Below are positions 53,880-63,825 of a DNA stretch of 64,000 nucleotides, piece by piece. This stretch comes from Candidatus Latescibacterota bacterium. Lineage in GTDB: Bacteria; Latescibacterota; UBA2968. Every line of letters starts with the position of its first letter. The first letter of the stretch is position 1. The notes under the pieces are model-generated. The model ran no database searches, was not told where the DNA came from, and worked only from the letters and a program-made list of their open reading frames with translations. A program made the translations under genes and the position numbers. The stretch spans positions 3,680,001 to 3,744,000 of the forward strand of contig OZ240241.1 of the NCBI GenBank assembly GCA_965198115.1, in the 5' to 3' direction.

Positions 53880-54875
53880 GTGGACCCGGAAGTCAATCGA
53901 CCCCTCAGACGGCACGCCCTTCCGCCCCTGTTCGACCCCGGGGAAGGGACGACGGTTATTGAACCCCTCGGGGAGGGAAGCGGATGGTGGGCAGGCGCCC
54001 CCAGCGCGCTCTTCGACCACGAGACGGCAAAATTCTACCTCTACTACCGACAGCGACGACCTCGAGGTCTCGATCTGGAGCGAGGAGGCGAGTGTATCAT
54101 CGCCGAAAGCGTGGATGGAATCGTTTTCGATCCGATCTGGCGCGCCGAAAAGACTGCCTTCGACTCGGATTCGATGGAGCGCGCCGCACTCGTGAAGGGG
54201 TTGGACGACGTCTGGCGTCTGTATCTGAGTTACGTCGACCCGAACCACAAAATGTGGCGCGTGGACTTCCTGGAAGCGGATCGGCCAGACCGGTTCGACG
54301 CCCAAACCAGACGTCCTCTGTTCGACCCGGCCGACCTCCAAATCGAGGGCATCAAGGACCCTTACGTGTTCACGCTCGGCCACGAGTATTACATGACCCT
54401 GAGCTACGCCACACGAACGGGTCGGCTGACCAGGAAACAGGAGGGCGATCTCCACGCCACGGCCGACGCCTACAACACGGGTCTCACGCTGTCTCGTACC
54501 GGTCTGGCCACGAGCACCGACGGCCGAAGCTTCGACTGGGAAGGGGAATTCTTCTCGCCGGGAGAATCCGGTTGGGACGCGTGGTGCACGCGCATCTGCT
54601 CAGTCGTCTACCTACCCCCCGTATTCACCGCCTTCTACGACGGTGCTCAGGACGTTTCGGGCAACTACGAAGAGCGAACGGGACTCGCCTCCGCCATCGA
54701 TCTTCGCCAGCTGAAGTCGCTTTCTCCGAATGCGCCAAGGCTCGTATCACCACACGCTTCGGGAAGCCTGCGCTACCTGGACGCCGTGCAGTTCCCAGAT
54801 CGAATCCACTACTACTACGAATATGCCCGCGAAGACGGTTCCCACGAAACGCGCGTGAACATCGTATCAATCTGA
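53880..54875 (+). CDS. Five-bladed beta-propeller glycoside hydrolase-like protein
   Basis: WAGAP, FYLYYR, IKDPYV, STDG..F, LRYLD. Confidence 0.65.
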   Translation: MDPEVNRPLRRHALPPLFDPGEGTTVIEPLGEGSGWWAGAPSALFDHETAKFYLYYRQRRPRGLDLERGGECIIAESVDGIVFDPIWRAEKTAFDSDSMERAALVKGLDDVWRLYLSYVDPNHKMWRVDFLEADRPDRFDAQTRRPLFDPADLQIEGIKDPYVFTLGHEYYMTLSYATRTGRLTRKQEGDLHATADAYNTGLTLSRTGLATSTDGRSFDWEGEFFSPGESGWDAWCTRICSVVYLPPVFTAFYDGAQDVSGNYEERTGLASAIDLRQLKSLSPNAPRLVSPHASGSLRYLDAVQFPDRIHYYYEYAREDGSHETRVNIVSI

Positions 54876-54878
54876 GTG

Positions 54879-56204
54879 TTACCCTGCCAGGTGCGAAACA
54901 ACGTCGGCGGTGCGAGACAGCGTCTCGTCGATATCCTCCTTCGTGTGTGCCAGAGAAACGCTTCCCTGCTTGGTTGCCAGCGGAAAGTGATAGACGCCCC
55001 GGTCGATCAGCGCCCTTCGGTATAGCGTGTCGTACTCGAAATCGTGATGTTCCGCCACATCGTGCCAATCCACGGGCAGATGATCGGCAAAGTAAGCACA
55101 GAACGCCGAGCCCTGCTGCGCCACGCTGGCCGTCAACCCTGCTGACTCGAAGACCGACCGGAGCCCGGCCGTCATACGATTCCCCGTGGCGTAAAGACGT
55201 TCGTAGACCGCCCCTCCGTTCGCCGCCAGCTTCTCCACGGTGGCTACGGCAGCCGCGCACGGAATCGGATGCGCGTTGTAAGTCCCCGCGATGAGTACGC
55301 GCTTCGCTCCGTCCTCGTGAACAAAGTAGGACATCAGATCCTTGCGCCCACCGATTGCCCCGATCGGATAGCCGTTCGCCAGCGCCTTCCCGAAGACGGA
55401 CAAATCGGGCGTCACCCCGCAGATCGACTGATACCCGCCGGCGGCGTGGCGAAACCCTGTTTTGACTTCATCGAAAACCAGAACGACACCGTGCTCGTCG
55501 CACAGCGCACGCAGCCCCTCCAGGTAGCCGTCGTGCGGCTTGACGATTCCGATGTTCTGGAGGATTGGTTCAAGTATGATCATGGCGATGCTGTGCGACC
55601 CCATCACCGCAGCCACCGATCCCAGATCGTTATAATTGACGACGTGTGTGTCGTCCAGCGCGCCCTCCGGAACACCCGCCGTGATCGGCACCTTCGGGTA
55701 TTCTCCCTCCACCACGCGTGGGCCGACGGCCTCCAGCGGCGTCATCACATTCACGGCCACGTCGTTGTGCCAACCGTTGTATCCCCCCTGCATCACGATC
55801 ACGCCCGGGCGGCCGGTGTGAGCACGGGCGATCCTGAGAGCGTGATACGTGGCCTCTGACCCGGTGTTCGTGATCATCACCTGGTCGACCGAAGCCACGT
55901 GCTCCACGATCAGTTCGGCGACACGCCCCTCGAGGGGGTTCGTGCCCGCCCCCATCAGCGTCGACTCGTCGTCGAGCGTGTTGCGCACCGCTGCCGTCAC
56001 GTCCGGGTCGTTGTGTCCGAGGATATAGGGCGAGAACCCCGCGTGATAGTCGATATATTCGTTCCCGTCGGCGTCCCAGACGCGACTCCCGCTCCCCCGG
56101 ATGAACGCGATCTCCGGCGCCACGGCTCGGTTCACCGACACGACGCCACCCGGGATAACCCGTCTGTTCCGATCGTGGATTCGCGTGGATTCCCGCGTGA
56201 TCAT
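54879..56204 (-). CDS. Class III aminotransferase, glutamate-1-semialdehyde aminomutase-like
   Basis: PGGV.SVNR, DADGNEYIDY, GSEAT, FDEVKTGFR, FGKALANGYP. Confidence 0.85.
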   Translation of the reverse strand: MITRESTRIHDRNRRVIPGGVVSVNRAVAPEIAFIRGSGSRVWDADGNEYIDYHAGFSPYILGHNDPDVTAAVRNTLDDESTLMGAGTNPLEGRVAELIVEHVASVDQVMITNTGSEATYHALRIARAHTGRPGVIVMQGGYNGWHNDVAVNVMTPLEAVGPRVVEGEYPKVPITAGVPEGALDDTHVVNYNDLGSVAAVMGSHSIAMIILEPILQNIGIVKPHDGYLEGLRALCDEHGVVLVFDEVKTGFRHAAGGYQSICGVTPDLSVFGKALANGYPIGAIGGRKDLMSYFVHEDGAKRVLIAGTYNAHPIPCAAAVATVEKLAANGGAVYERLYATGNRMTAGLRSVFESAGLTASVAQQGSAFCAYFADHLPVDWHDVAEHHDFEYDTLYRRALIDRGVYHFPLATKQGSVSLAHTKEDIDETLSRTADVVSHLAG

Positions 56205-57184
56205 CCATCACCTCTGGGTATCGTCATGATCACTTTTCCGATGTTTTCGTTCCGTTTGAGCACATCCTGGGCGGCTTCGACCTCCTCGATCGACACGGTT
56301 CGGTCGATCACCGGCTCGATGTCGCCCGCTACCAGGTCCTGCCAGAAACGTGTTTCGAACCCTTCGCGAATCGCTTCCTTCTCTTCCAGCGAACGCGACC
56401 GCAAGACCGATCCGATCACCCTGAGCCTGCGACGCATTAACCCGCCCAGATCGATCTCTCCCACGACGCCCCCGAGCAGCGCGATGATCACGAGCCGCCC
56501 CCGGTTCCTGAGCAGTCCGAGGTTGCGCCCCAGATAATCGGCGGCACCGATGTCGAGAATCACGTCCACACCCTCGGGGGCCGATTCCTTGACGAACTCC
56601 GCAAAATCGACTTCGTGCCGGTTGATCGCAATATCTGCACCCAACGATCGGCAAAAGTCCGCCTTGTCGTCCCGACCCACGACCGCAATGACTCGAGCCC
56701 CCGTACGGACCGCCATCTGAATCCCTGCCGTCCCCACCCCGCTTGCTCCGCCGTGAATCAGCAGGGTCTCTCCTTCGGCGAGTGCACCCTCCGTAAAGAT
56801 GTTCACGTATGCGGTGTAGAAAACTTCGGGTACAGCGGCGCCCTGCTCGAAGGACCAGGCATCCGGAAGTCGGACCAGAAGCGAGGCCGGGGCGGCCACC
56901 CGCTCTGCGTAGCCTCCTCCCGAAAGAAGAGTGCACACGCGATCGCCGACCGCCCAGCCCTCGACGCCCTCTCCGACCTCTTCCACCACACCCGATGCCT
57001 CTAGGCCCATGTAGGGAGAGGCACCTGGCGGAACGGGATACTGTCCGACCCGCTGGAGCAAGTCCGCGCGATTCACAGCCGTTGCCCGGACGGAGATCAC
57101 GACCTCGCCGGGGGCGACAACGGGATCGTCCACCTCGGACCAGGAGAGGGCGTGAGTGTTCGAATCGACGACCACTGCTTTCAT
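56201..57184 (-). CDS. NAD(P)H quinone oxidoreductase, PIG3 family
   Basis: VNRADLLQR.G.YP, GLEASG, IHGGASGVG, GSVLRSR. Confidence 0.9.
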   Translation of the reverse strand: MKAVVVDSNTHALSWSEVDDPVVAPGEVVISVRATAVNRADLLQRVGQYPVPPGASPYMGLEASGVVEEVGEGVEGWAVGDRVCTLLSGGGYAERVAAPASLLVRLPDAWSFEQGAAVPEVFYTAYVNIFTEGALAEGETLLIHGGASGVGTAGIQMAVRTGARVIAVVGRDDKADFCRSLGADIAINRHEVDFAEFVKESAPEGVDVILDIGAADYLGRNLGLLRNRGRLVIIALLGGVVGEIDLGGLMRRRLRVIGSVLRSRSLEEKEAIREGFETRFWQDLVAGDIEPVIDRTVSIEEVEAAQDVLKRNENIGKVIMTIPRGDG

Positions 57185-57909
57185 GCCTGAACCACTTCGG
57201 GTTTGTTCAGCTCCCGCCAAAGCGTGGGAGCGGGCCAAGAGAACCGATCGAAAACCCGCTGGAGCCTCGCCGGAATCGGCGCCTCGATCGTCACGTTTTT
57301 CTGAGTAAAGGGATGTTCGAACGCCATCGACGTCGCCATCAGCAAGAGACGCGAAAGTCGAAACGTCTCTCGAAAGAACCGATTGTGATCACCGTCCCCG
57401 TGCGTTGTATCCCCGATGACAGGATGAGACAGATGCGCGGCGTGTCGGCGGATCTGATGTCGGCGTCCGGTCGTCAGCCTGGCCCGCACCAGACTGTAGC
57501 GGGCCGTGGAGTAACGCCCCACGGCCCAAGGCAGCTCGACACGCGCCTCACAATAGAAATCGGTGACACTCTCCACCAACGACCCGCCGTGCTCCCCATC
57601 GTCGATCGCCCTGTGGACCCGACAATCGTCCAGGTAGCCACGTAGCAGGGCGAGATATTGCTTGTCCACGCTTCGCGACTCGATGAGCGCACCCATGCGC
57701 CGGGCCGCCTCCTGACTCAGGGCAAAAAGAACGAGCCCGGAAGTGCCGCGGTCGATACGATGGAGCGGGTAGACCCACCCACCCATCCTCTTCCTGACGA
57801 TGGGCAACAACGCAATCGCGTCGGGCGCCATCGAAGTCGGATGAACCACCAGACCGCTTCGTTTGTCGACCGCGACGAAGTGGTCGTCCTGATACAGAAC
57901 CTCGTTCAC
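57181..57909 (-). CDS. truC: RluA-family pseudouridine synthase, TruC-like
   Basis: HRIDRGTSG, GRYSTARYSL, TGRRHQIRRH, IGDTTHG. Confidence 0.8.
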   Translation of the reverse strand: MNEVLYQDDHFVAVDKRSGLVVHPTSMAPDAIALLPIVRKRMGGWVYPLHRIDRGTSGLVLFALSQEAARRMGALIESRSVDKQYLALLRGYLDDCRVHRAIDDGEHGGSLVESVTDFYCEARVELPWAVGRYSTARYSLVRARLTTGRRHQIRRHAAHLSHPVIGDTTHGDGDHNRFFRETFRLSRLLLMATSMAFEHPFTQKNVTIEAPIPARLQRVFDRFSWPAPTLWRELNKPEVVQA

Positions 57910-58208
57910 GTCAGGGAGATTCCGAAGCGCTGCTTCTCCGGCTCACGATGGGGCCGGTAAAGAATCGCCACGTGACCGATCACACCCACAACGACCGCTC
58001 CCACGGCATCTGACATCTGCCCGGCCAGCGTTTTCCGCTCTTCTTTGCGTTCGACGAACCGCACTTTAATCAACTCGTGCACATCGAGCGCCTCCACGAC
58101 CGCGTGCACGAGCGTCTCGCTCAGCCCTTCCTTGCCGACCATCACGACAGGTTTGAGGCCGTGCACCGCCTGCTTGAGTGTGCGACGATCTGACGAAGAC
58201 AACGCCAT
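57906..58208 (-). CDS. yhbY: YhbY/CRM RNA-binding protein
   Basis: LKPVVMVGKEGL, HELIKV, IGHVAILYR. Confidence 0.88.
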   Translation of the reverse strand: MALSSSDRRTLKQAVHGLKPVVMVGKEGLSETLVHAVVEALDVHELIKVRFVERKEERKTLAGQMSDAVGAVVVGVIGHVAILYRPHREPEKQRFGISLT

Positions 58209-58242
58209 CCTGCACCCCTCCACCGCAACTTTTTCGGTCGCC

Positions 58243-59793
58243 CTATCCCCAGGCCGTGTCGAATCTCGATTCGGCCTCTGCCAACACGATGGCGGGAATG
58301 TCCTCGGGCGACTCGACGGGATAGACGACGATGTGTCCGTCTTGCTCAGTCGCACGCCGGAACTGCTCGGCCTCCTGGGTCCTTCCCACGTGAACGGCCG
58401 TCACCCGTCCCTCCACACGGGAAAGGAAATCGGTCACGCTGTTCAGGTTCGAGATCTGCATGTCCGTAATCACGAAATAGTCCGTGTTCGAATTCGTGAG
58501 ACGCGCGAAGTCCGATGTGTCGACCTCGGTTCCACCACCGAAGTAGCGGCACAGACCTCGAAAGACGCGTGTTCGATCGCGCGTATAGTCGACCCATTCC
58601 TTACCGCCCGACGGCGCGTCGCTGAAATTGTAGACAGCCACCCGCCGCCCCCGCTTCAAGTAGGCGTCGGCGGCACAGCCCGCACCTAACACGGCGAACG
58701 ACAGTTCTTCACACGGGTTTGTCATGCTCCCGGAAGAGTCGATGACCAGCACACAATCCGGAGTCCCGGCCTGGCTCCCGTGTGTCTCTCCTTCACGCCG
58801 CTCCCACACCTGGGACACGCCCGGCAAGAACTTGCCGAAGCTCGTCCACACGTCGATGTCCTGAACGGGTCGTCCGACTTCCCAGGGCGTGTGCGCGTGG
58901 GGATACCAACCGCCTACGCGCTCGAGCCGATTCGGTCTGACGGCCAATCTGAACCGTTCACATCGCTTCATATAATAAAGAAGGTCCGCCTGCGTCGGCT
59001 CACCCTTCCCCTGACCGATCCCCTTCTCTGGCATCACGCCCGCATCTTCCAGCACATCCCGAAAATCATCCACCATCGCACGGAACGCGTAGTAGCCTTG
59101 CTCGGCGAATCGTGCGAGAGCCTTTTCGATCTCTTCTGCCGAGTGTTGCGCATCGTGATCGCCCAACATCCCACTCTGGCCGTCCGTGCCTTCTTCTGAT
59201 TCCTCCCGAAGAAAGGGGGTGACCACGTTCGCGAACGTCCGCACGCTCTCCTTCCACTTCGACCGCTCCAAATAGGGAATCCGCGAGAGCCGGGTGACCG
59301 CCGTGTCACGCGCCTCGTCCCGCTCGACGCCGAGATCGACGCCCCAGAGACGCTCGTAGAGTGAACGCATCAACTCGTAGGCGCCCTCACCCGGACGATC
59401 GGAATAGATGTCGGGCAATGCCGACCCGTGTTCGCGAACACAGTGGGTGTCGACGACCGCATCGGTAAAATAATCGAGGACGCGCCGAATCATCGCCCCG
59501 TCCCGGACAACCGGCTTAAGCGATGCATACAGATCGAGATAAGTTTCGTAGTCCCACGGACAGACCGTGTGGTGGGCGATTCCGTGGTCGAGAAGGGCAT
59601 CGACGACCGACTCGGGAGGCACCGTGTCCCCGAACGATTCGACAAAGCCGCTCGACAGGCGAATGTGCTTGGCGCGTACATCCATCGCCACCGACTCGTC
59701 GATGTCGGCCAGCGAAGGATCCGGGAGCTCTGGATACAAGTGTCGGGCCCGGGCCTCCGGCCACGCGGCCTCGAGCAGGTCTTTCCACGCCAT
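58243..59793 (-). CDS. vWA-domain protein with N-terminal zincin-like (HGIAH) region
   Basis: MIDAS DSSGS...GGGTE...ITD; N-terminal LDHGIAHHTVCP. Confidence 0.8.
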   Translation of the reverse strand: MAWKDLLEAAWPEARARHLYPELPDPSLADIDESVAMDVRAKHIRLSSGFVESFGDTVPPESVVDALLDHGIAHHTVCPWDYETYLDLYASLKPVVRDGAMIRRVLDYFTDAVVDTHCVREHGSALPDIYSDRPGEGAYELMRSLYERLWGVDLGVERDEARDTAVTRLSRIPYLERSKWKESVRTFANVVTPFLREESEEGTDGQSGMLGDHDAQHSAEEIEKALARFAEQGYYAFRAMVDDFRDVLEDAGVMPEKGIGQGKGEPTQADLLYYMKRCERFRLAVRPNRLERVGGWYPHAHTPWEVGRPVQDIDVWTSFGKFLPGVSQVWERREGETHGSQAGTPDCVLVIDSSGSMTNPCEELSFAVLGAGCAADAYLKRGRRVAVYNFSDAPSGGKEWVDYTRDRTRVFRGLCRYFGGGTEVDTSDFARLTNSNTDYFVITDMQISNLNSVTDFLSRVEGRVTAVHVGRTQEAEQFRRATEQDGHIVVYPVESPEDIPAIVLAEAESRFDTAWG

Positions 59794-60488
59794 CAGACCG
59801 CCCTCTCCGGGTCGCCGTAGACACATTGTCGTCGATGGTAGACCACGCCGCCGGTCGGCTTGCCAACGCCTCCGAGTCTGCCCTGAACGTGGATTTCGCC
59901 CCCCACCATCTGTTCACCCACGAACCGGCCCGCGTCACCGCCCACGTCGATCCGCCCCGCCACCATACCCGCGCCCAGGTAACGTCCGACGTGCCCGCTC
60001 ACGCTCAGCCCGCCGCCCGTCATTGAAATACCGGTCAGGTCGCCAAGATGGCCGTCGACGCTCAAGGTTCGCCCGTCCTCCAGACGATATCCGAGCAGGG
60101 GTAGCCGGAGGTCCTGTCCCTGAAAGCTGAGCCCGATCTGACGATCTTGTGACGTGTTACAGAGTGCGGAAACGTAAAGACCGAGCGGGCCCATCAGGAA
60201 GAAATCCGGATCCTCACTGCCAAAGGAAGCCAGCGCGAACGCCTCGACGTCGCCCGGAGTCACCTCCAGGTCGGTCACGATCGCGAGGGCTTGTTCGTAG
60301 ACGCGTACGATCGAGTCGCCATCGGGTTGCCAGAGCCCATCGCCGGCCTCGTCCTCGATCAGTCGTTTGAACCCGGCTTTCAGATCGTCCAACACGTGTG
60401 TGTGTGCCGCGAGGATCTCCTCCATGGGCAGTTTTCGTGGCGGGGGCTCCGAGCCCTGCGCTCTGAACTCGCTGAACGGGTTTTTCAC
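59793..60488 (-). CDS. FwdC/GltB-C-like GXGXG beta-helix protein with helical N-terminal domain
   Basis: Repeats such as LSVDGHLGDLTGISMTGG / LSVSGHVGRYLGAGMVAG / IDVGGDAGRFVGEQMVGG. Confidence 0.75.
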   Translation of the reverse strand: MKNPFSEFRAQGSEPPPRKLPMEEILAAHTHVLDDLKAGFKRLIEDEAGDGLWQPDGDSIVRVYEQALAIVTDLEVTPGDVEAFALASFGSEDPDFFLMGPLGLYVSALCNTSQDRQIGLSFQGQDLRLPLLGYRLEDGRTLSVDGHLGDLTGISMTGGGLSVSGHVGRYLGAGMVAGRIDVGGDAGRFVGEQMVGGEIHVQGRLGGVGKPTGGVVYHRRQCVYGDPERAV

Positions 60489-61813
60489 GACCCGACCCGC
60501 GACGGTTCGGCACCGAGATCCTTTTTTATCTCGTGATAGATCGGGTGCTCACCCTCCAAAGGCTCAACGGCCTCACCATCGAACGCCCGACCTCCCACGC
60601 CGAGCGCCTCTTTGATCCGCGCACTCTGCTCCGAATAGCGGCGGACAACCTGTGAGACGGCTTCGCGAGCTCGATGAATCAGGTAGGCGTCACGGCGCTG
60701 TCCGTGCTCGACGTCGGTGTCCCCATCGTCGCGCCATTGGATCCGATGGGCGGATGCGTAGGGAAGAATCAGTCGCAGGTGCTCGACCGTCACGACCGAG
60801 TCTCCGAGCAGCCAGGCCAACGCCTGTGCGTAGCGACGCACCGACACCGGAAAGCGGTTCGACAGGCATCCTTTGACCTGATACCCCAGGTAGCCTGTGT
60901 AGTGGCATCCCTCCCCACAGATTTCGTTCGAACGCTTCTGGCCATACTTGCAGCAGAACGTGAGCTCGGCCAGATAGGTCCTCATCAGTGCACTCGCATC
61001 CGTTTCAAACGACAGACGCAAGAAGGACGCGCGTGCGCGCGCGCGCGCTTCACGACCGAGCGTTGGCACGTTGAGGGATTCTGCCACACGCGCTCCAAAC
61101 CCGTCGCAGAACGTTTGAATGTCACCATCGTCAGCATCGCCTCCAAGCCAGGTCTGGATGGCGTTCTCGCATTCGGCGTCGCGCAGACCCGGCTCGACGC
61201 TCGCGTCCTCGCCGATTGCCCACGACAGATTCGGTCCCGGGTGTTTCGACTCGACCATCACGTCGAACCGATCCATCAGCGGGGGCACGAGTGTGTTCGT
61301 ACCCCGGTCCTGGTAATTGGCCGTCGCGAACAACGCGAACTCATCGTTCACGAGCATCGCGTTCAAATACGTCCAATGACCCCGGTCAACCCCGTTGAGA
61401 ATCAGACTCTGTTTGGTCTCGGGAAGCCGATTGATCTCATCGACGATCTTGACCGGCAGCCGAGCGAAAGCCGACCACACGACCGCCTCGCGCCCCTGGT
61501 TGAGTTCACCGAGGTTGGGACGTCCGACGATCTTCTCCTCGGTCTGCTCGGGATGCCCCGACACTTCGGCTTCCCACACCGTCCCGAGCGGCAATCGGTA
61601 GAGCAGCGCCCCCACGTACTCGGCCGAAGTGGTCTTCCCCAGGCCGGGCTCCCCCACGATCAGCGCCTTGCCTCCAACCAGACCCGTCAACACGCTCAGC
61701 AGGAGTGACGCGTTGAACGATTGCCCCTGTATCTCGACATCGGGTCGGTTATAGTAGAGGTTGTCCTCTATAAAGGAGAGGATGGCCAGCACATCTTTTC
61801 TCACATCGTCCAA
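60485..61813 (-). CDS. MoxR-type AAA+ ATPase with Cys-rich insert
   Basis: GEPGLGKTT, IVDEINR, ATAN, LMDRFD; CCKYG...CGEGCH...C. Confidence 0.85.
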   Translation of the reverse strand: MDDVRKDVLAILSFIEDNLYYNRPDVEIQGQSFNASLLLSVLTGLVGGKALIVGEPGLGKTTSAEYVGALLYRLPLGTVWEAEVSGHPEQTEEKIVGRPNLGELNQGREAVVWSAFARLPVKIVDEINRLPETKQSLILNGVDRGHWTYLNAMLVNDEFALFATANYQDRGTNTLVPPLMDRFDVMVESKHPGPNLSWAIGEDASVEPGLRDAECENAIQTWLGGDADDGDIQTFCDGFGARVAESLNVPTLGREARARARASFLRLSFETDASALMRTYLAELTFCCKYGQKRSNEICGEGCHYTGYLGYQVKGCLSNRFPVSVRRYAQALAWLLGDSVVTVEHLRLILPYASAHRIQWRDDGDTDVEHGQRRDAYLIHRAREAVSQVVRRYSEQSARIKEALGVGGRAFDGEAVEPLEGEHPIYHEIKKDLGAEPSRVGS

Positions 61814-61829
61814 GCGTATCCTCGAATCG

Positions 61830-62693
61830 CTAAACGCCCGCGTAGGCCGAAAATCCGCCGTCGACGGGAAGGACCACCCCCGTCACGAAGGCCGACGCGG
61901 GTGAAACCAGAAAGCAGACCGGGCCGGCGACGTCCATCGGATCGCCCATTCGCCCCATCGGAGTGTGGTCGATCACTTGCTGTCCTCGAGGCGTCAGACC
62001 ACCCGTCTCTCTGTCATACAAAAGATACCGGTTCTGATCCGTCACGAAGAATCCCGGAGCCACGGCGTTCACACGCACCGCCGGCGTGTACTCCTGCGCA
62101 ATGTGCACCGCCAGCCACTGCGTAAAGTTCGCAACCGCCGCCTTGGACGCCGAATAGGCGGGAATGCGGGTAAGCGGCCGAATCGCGTTCATCGAGGCTG
62201 TGTTCACGATTGCGGCGCCGTCGACCTGCTCGACCATGGCTTCAGCGAAAACCTGGGTCGGCAAAATCGCGCCCGCGAAAAGATTGATCGCTACGGCGCG
62301 CTCGAACGCGTCCAGCGGCAGATCGAAAAACCGCCTGTCCGCCGATGTGCTGGCTTCGGGCAGATTGCCGCCCGCCAGGTTCACTAAAATGTCGACAGAC
62401 GCGTATTCTGTCAGCACTCGATCCCGCAACGACTCGATCGAATCGCGATCGAGCGCGTCAACCCATTCGCCCTTCGCGGGCAGGCCATCTTCGTTCAGAC
62501 GGCCTGCGGCTCCGTCCGCCTTTGCCTGCGCCACGTCCGCGATCACAAGCGTGGCTCCCGCCCGCCCCAAACCCGATGCGACCGCCGAGCCGATCGCTCC
62601 GGCACCGCCGATCAGGACGGCAGTTCGCCCCTCGAGTGAGAATGCAGCGAGGTCCGGCAGCGCACTCGGCCGATTGGAGTCGATCCTTTTCAC
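61830..62693 (-). CDS. SDR oxidoreductase (D-mannonate oxidoreductase-like)
   Basis: GGAGAIG, NLAGGN, RPLTRIPAYSASK, FTQWLA, TPMGRMG. Confidence 0.88.
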   Translation of the reverse strand: MKRIDSNRPSALPDLAAFSLEGRTAVLIGGAGAIGSAVASGLGRAGATLVIADVAQAKADGAAGRLNEDGLPAKGEWVDALDRDSIESLRDRVLTEYASVDILVNLAGGNLPEASTSADRRFFDLPLDAFERAVAINLFAGAILPTQVFAEAMVEQVDGAAIVNTASMNAIRPLTRIPAYSASKAAVANFTQWLAVHIAQEYTPAVRVNAVAPGFFVTDQNRYLLYDRETGGLTPRGQQVIDHTPMGRMGDPMDVAGPVCFLVSPASAFVTGVVLPVDGGFSAYAGV

Positions 62694-63478
62694 GCCGCGT
62701 CTCCATCCACAGGCTCGAATCCCACCACGTCCTTCCCCCGAGCCACGTCGACCCAGCAGAAGCGGTTCTTGGAGATGCCGTACAGAATATCGAACCGCAG
62801 GTCATCCGGCGCGTCGACGCAACACTCGATCAACTGAACGATGTCCCGCTGGCTGCACCAGACGGGCGCAATCTCTGGCTTGAACGGTCGATCCTCGGCG
62901 TTCACCCAGCCGATCCGGAGGCACAGACACGATAGACCGTGGACGTCAGAATACATACGCGCAAGCGCCTCGCCCCAGACCTTGCTCGCCGAATAGGGCT
63001 CCGTCGGCCGCACCGGGTCGAGATGCGTGATGAGTGGAATCGGATTGGGGACGTCGTCGTTGCGCCCTTCGCGAACAGCGCGATAGGGCTCTTCCTCCCA
63101 ATAGCCCCAATTGGTCATGATCGTACTCGCGTAGACGATGCGCTTCACGCCTGCATCCCGGCACGCCTCGAACACGTTGTAGACACCGATTACGTTGCTG
63201 TCGCGGATCGCCTCCCAGGAGGCTGCCGGCCGAGGGTCGGCGGCCATCTGCACCACCACGTCCTGGCCATCGACGGCTGTGCGCACGTTCTCGTAATCCG
63301 TCAGATCGGCCAAAAAAAACCGATCTTCCGGGATGTCGATCGTCTCTCCTTCGGCCACACGCTCGGACGGCGTCGTCCGCCGGGCCAGACCTGAGACCTC
63401 GAGGTCGTCACGGGTCGACAGCTGTTTGTAAGCCGCCCACGCGATCAGGCCATACACACCCGTAATCAGAACCTTCAC
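62690..63478 (-). CDS. NAD-dependent epimerase/dehydratase (uronate dehydrogenase-like)
   Basis: ITGVYGLI, NVFEAC, YSASK, CLRIG. Confidence 0.85.
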   Translation of the reverse strand: MKVLITGVYGLIAWAAYKQLSTRDDLEVSGLARRTTPSERVAEGETIDIPEDRFFLADLTDYENVRTAVDGQDVVVQMAADPRPAASWEAIRDSNVIGVYNVFEACRDAGVKRIVYASTIMTNWGYWEEEPYRAVREGRNDDVPNPIPLITHLDPVRPTEPYSASKVWGEALARMYSDVHGLSCLCLRIGWVNAEDRPFKPEIAPVWCSQRDIVQLIECCVDAPDDLRFDILYGISKNRFCWVDVARGKDVVGFEPVDGDAA

Positions 63479-63825
63479 GTTGGATTCCTCACAGCCTAGG
63501 GATATCGGTCGATCCTACACCGAGTCGAAACGAGGCGAACAGTCAGACGGTTTAAGCGAATAGGGAGAGGATGCGCGACGGGGGCAGCAAGAGAACGGAA
63601 AATCGACCACTTGTCAACTGAGATTCGGCCCATCACACCGTCGACCCAAGCTCTGGAAGACGTGAAACCTTTTGCTTCCAGACTTCTGCTACTGTAATTT
63701 ACGCCCGCCTCCGGACCACCCATTGCCGGCTCCTTGCCGGCCTCCCTCCGGGTGTCGGGAGCATCCGTCAGACCTCCCCGCCGACATCCATTCACCACAT
63801 CCTAGCGGGGAGTCACAGCCCTCCC

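Noticed and set aside
59793-60488. Genuine formylmethanofuran dehydrogenase subunit C (C1 pathway)
   Set aside because: Only a few repeat turns plus an unrelated N-terminal domain, and no fwdA/B/D or ftr genes nearby.
63496-63798. 100-aa ORF in the epimerase-pyrH intergenic region
   Set aside because: No recognisable motif or RBS; more likely a divergent promoter region.
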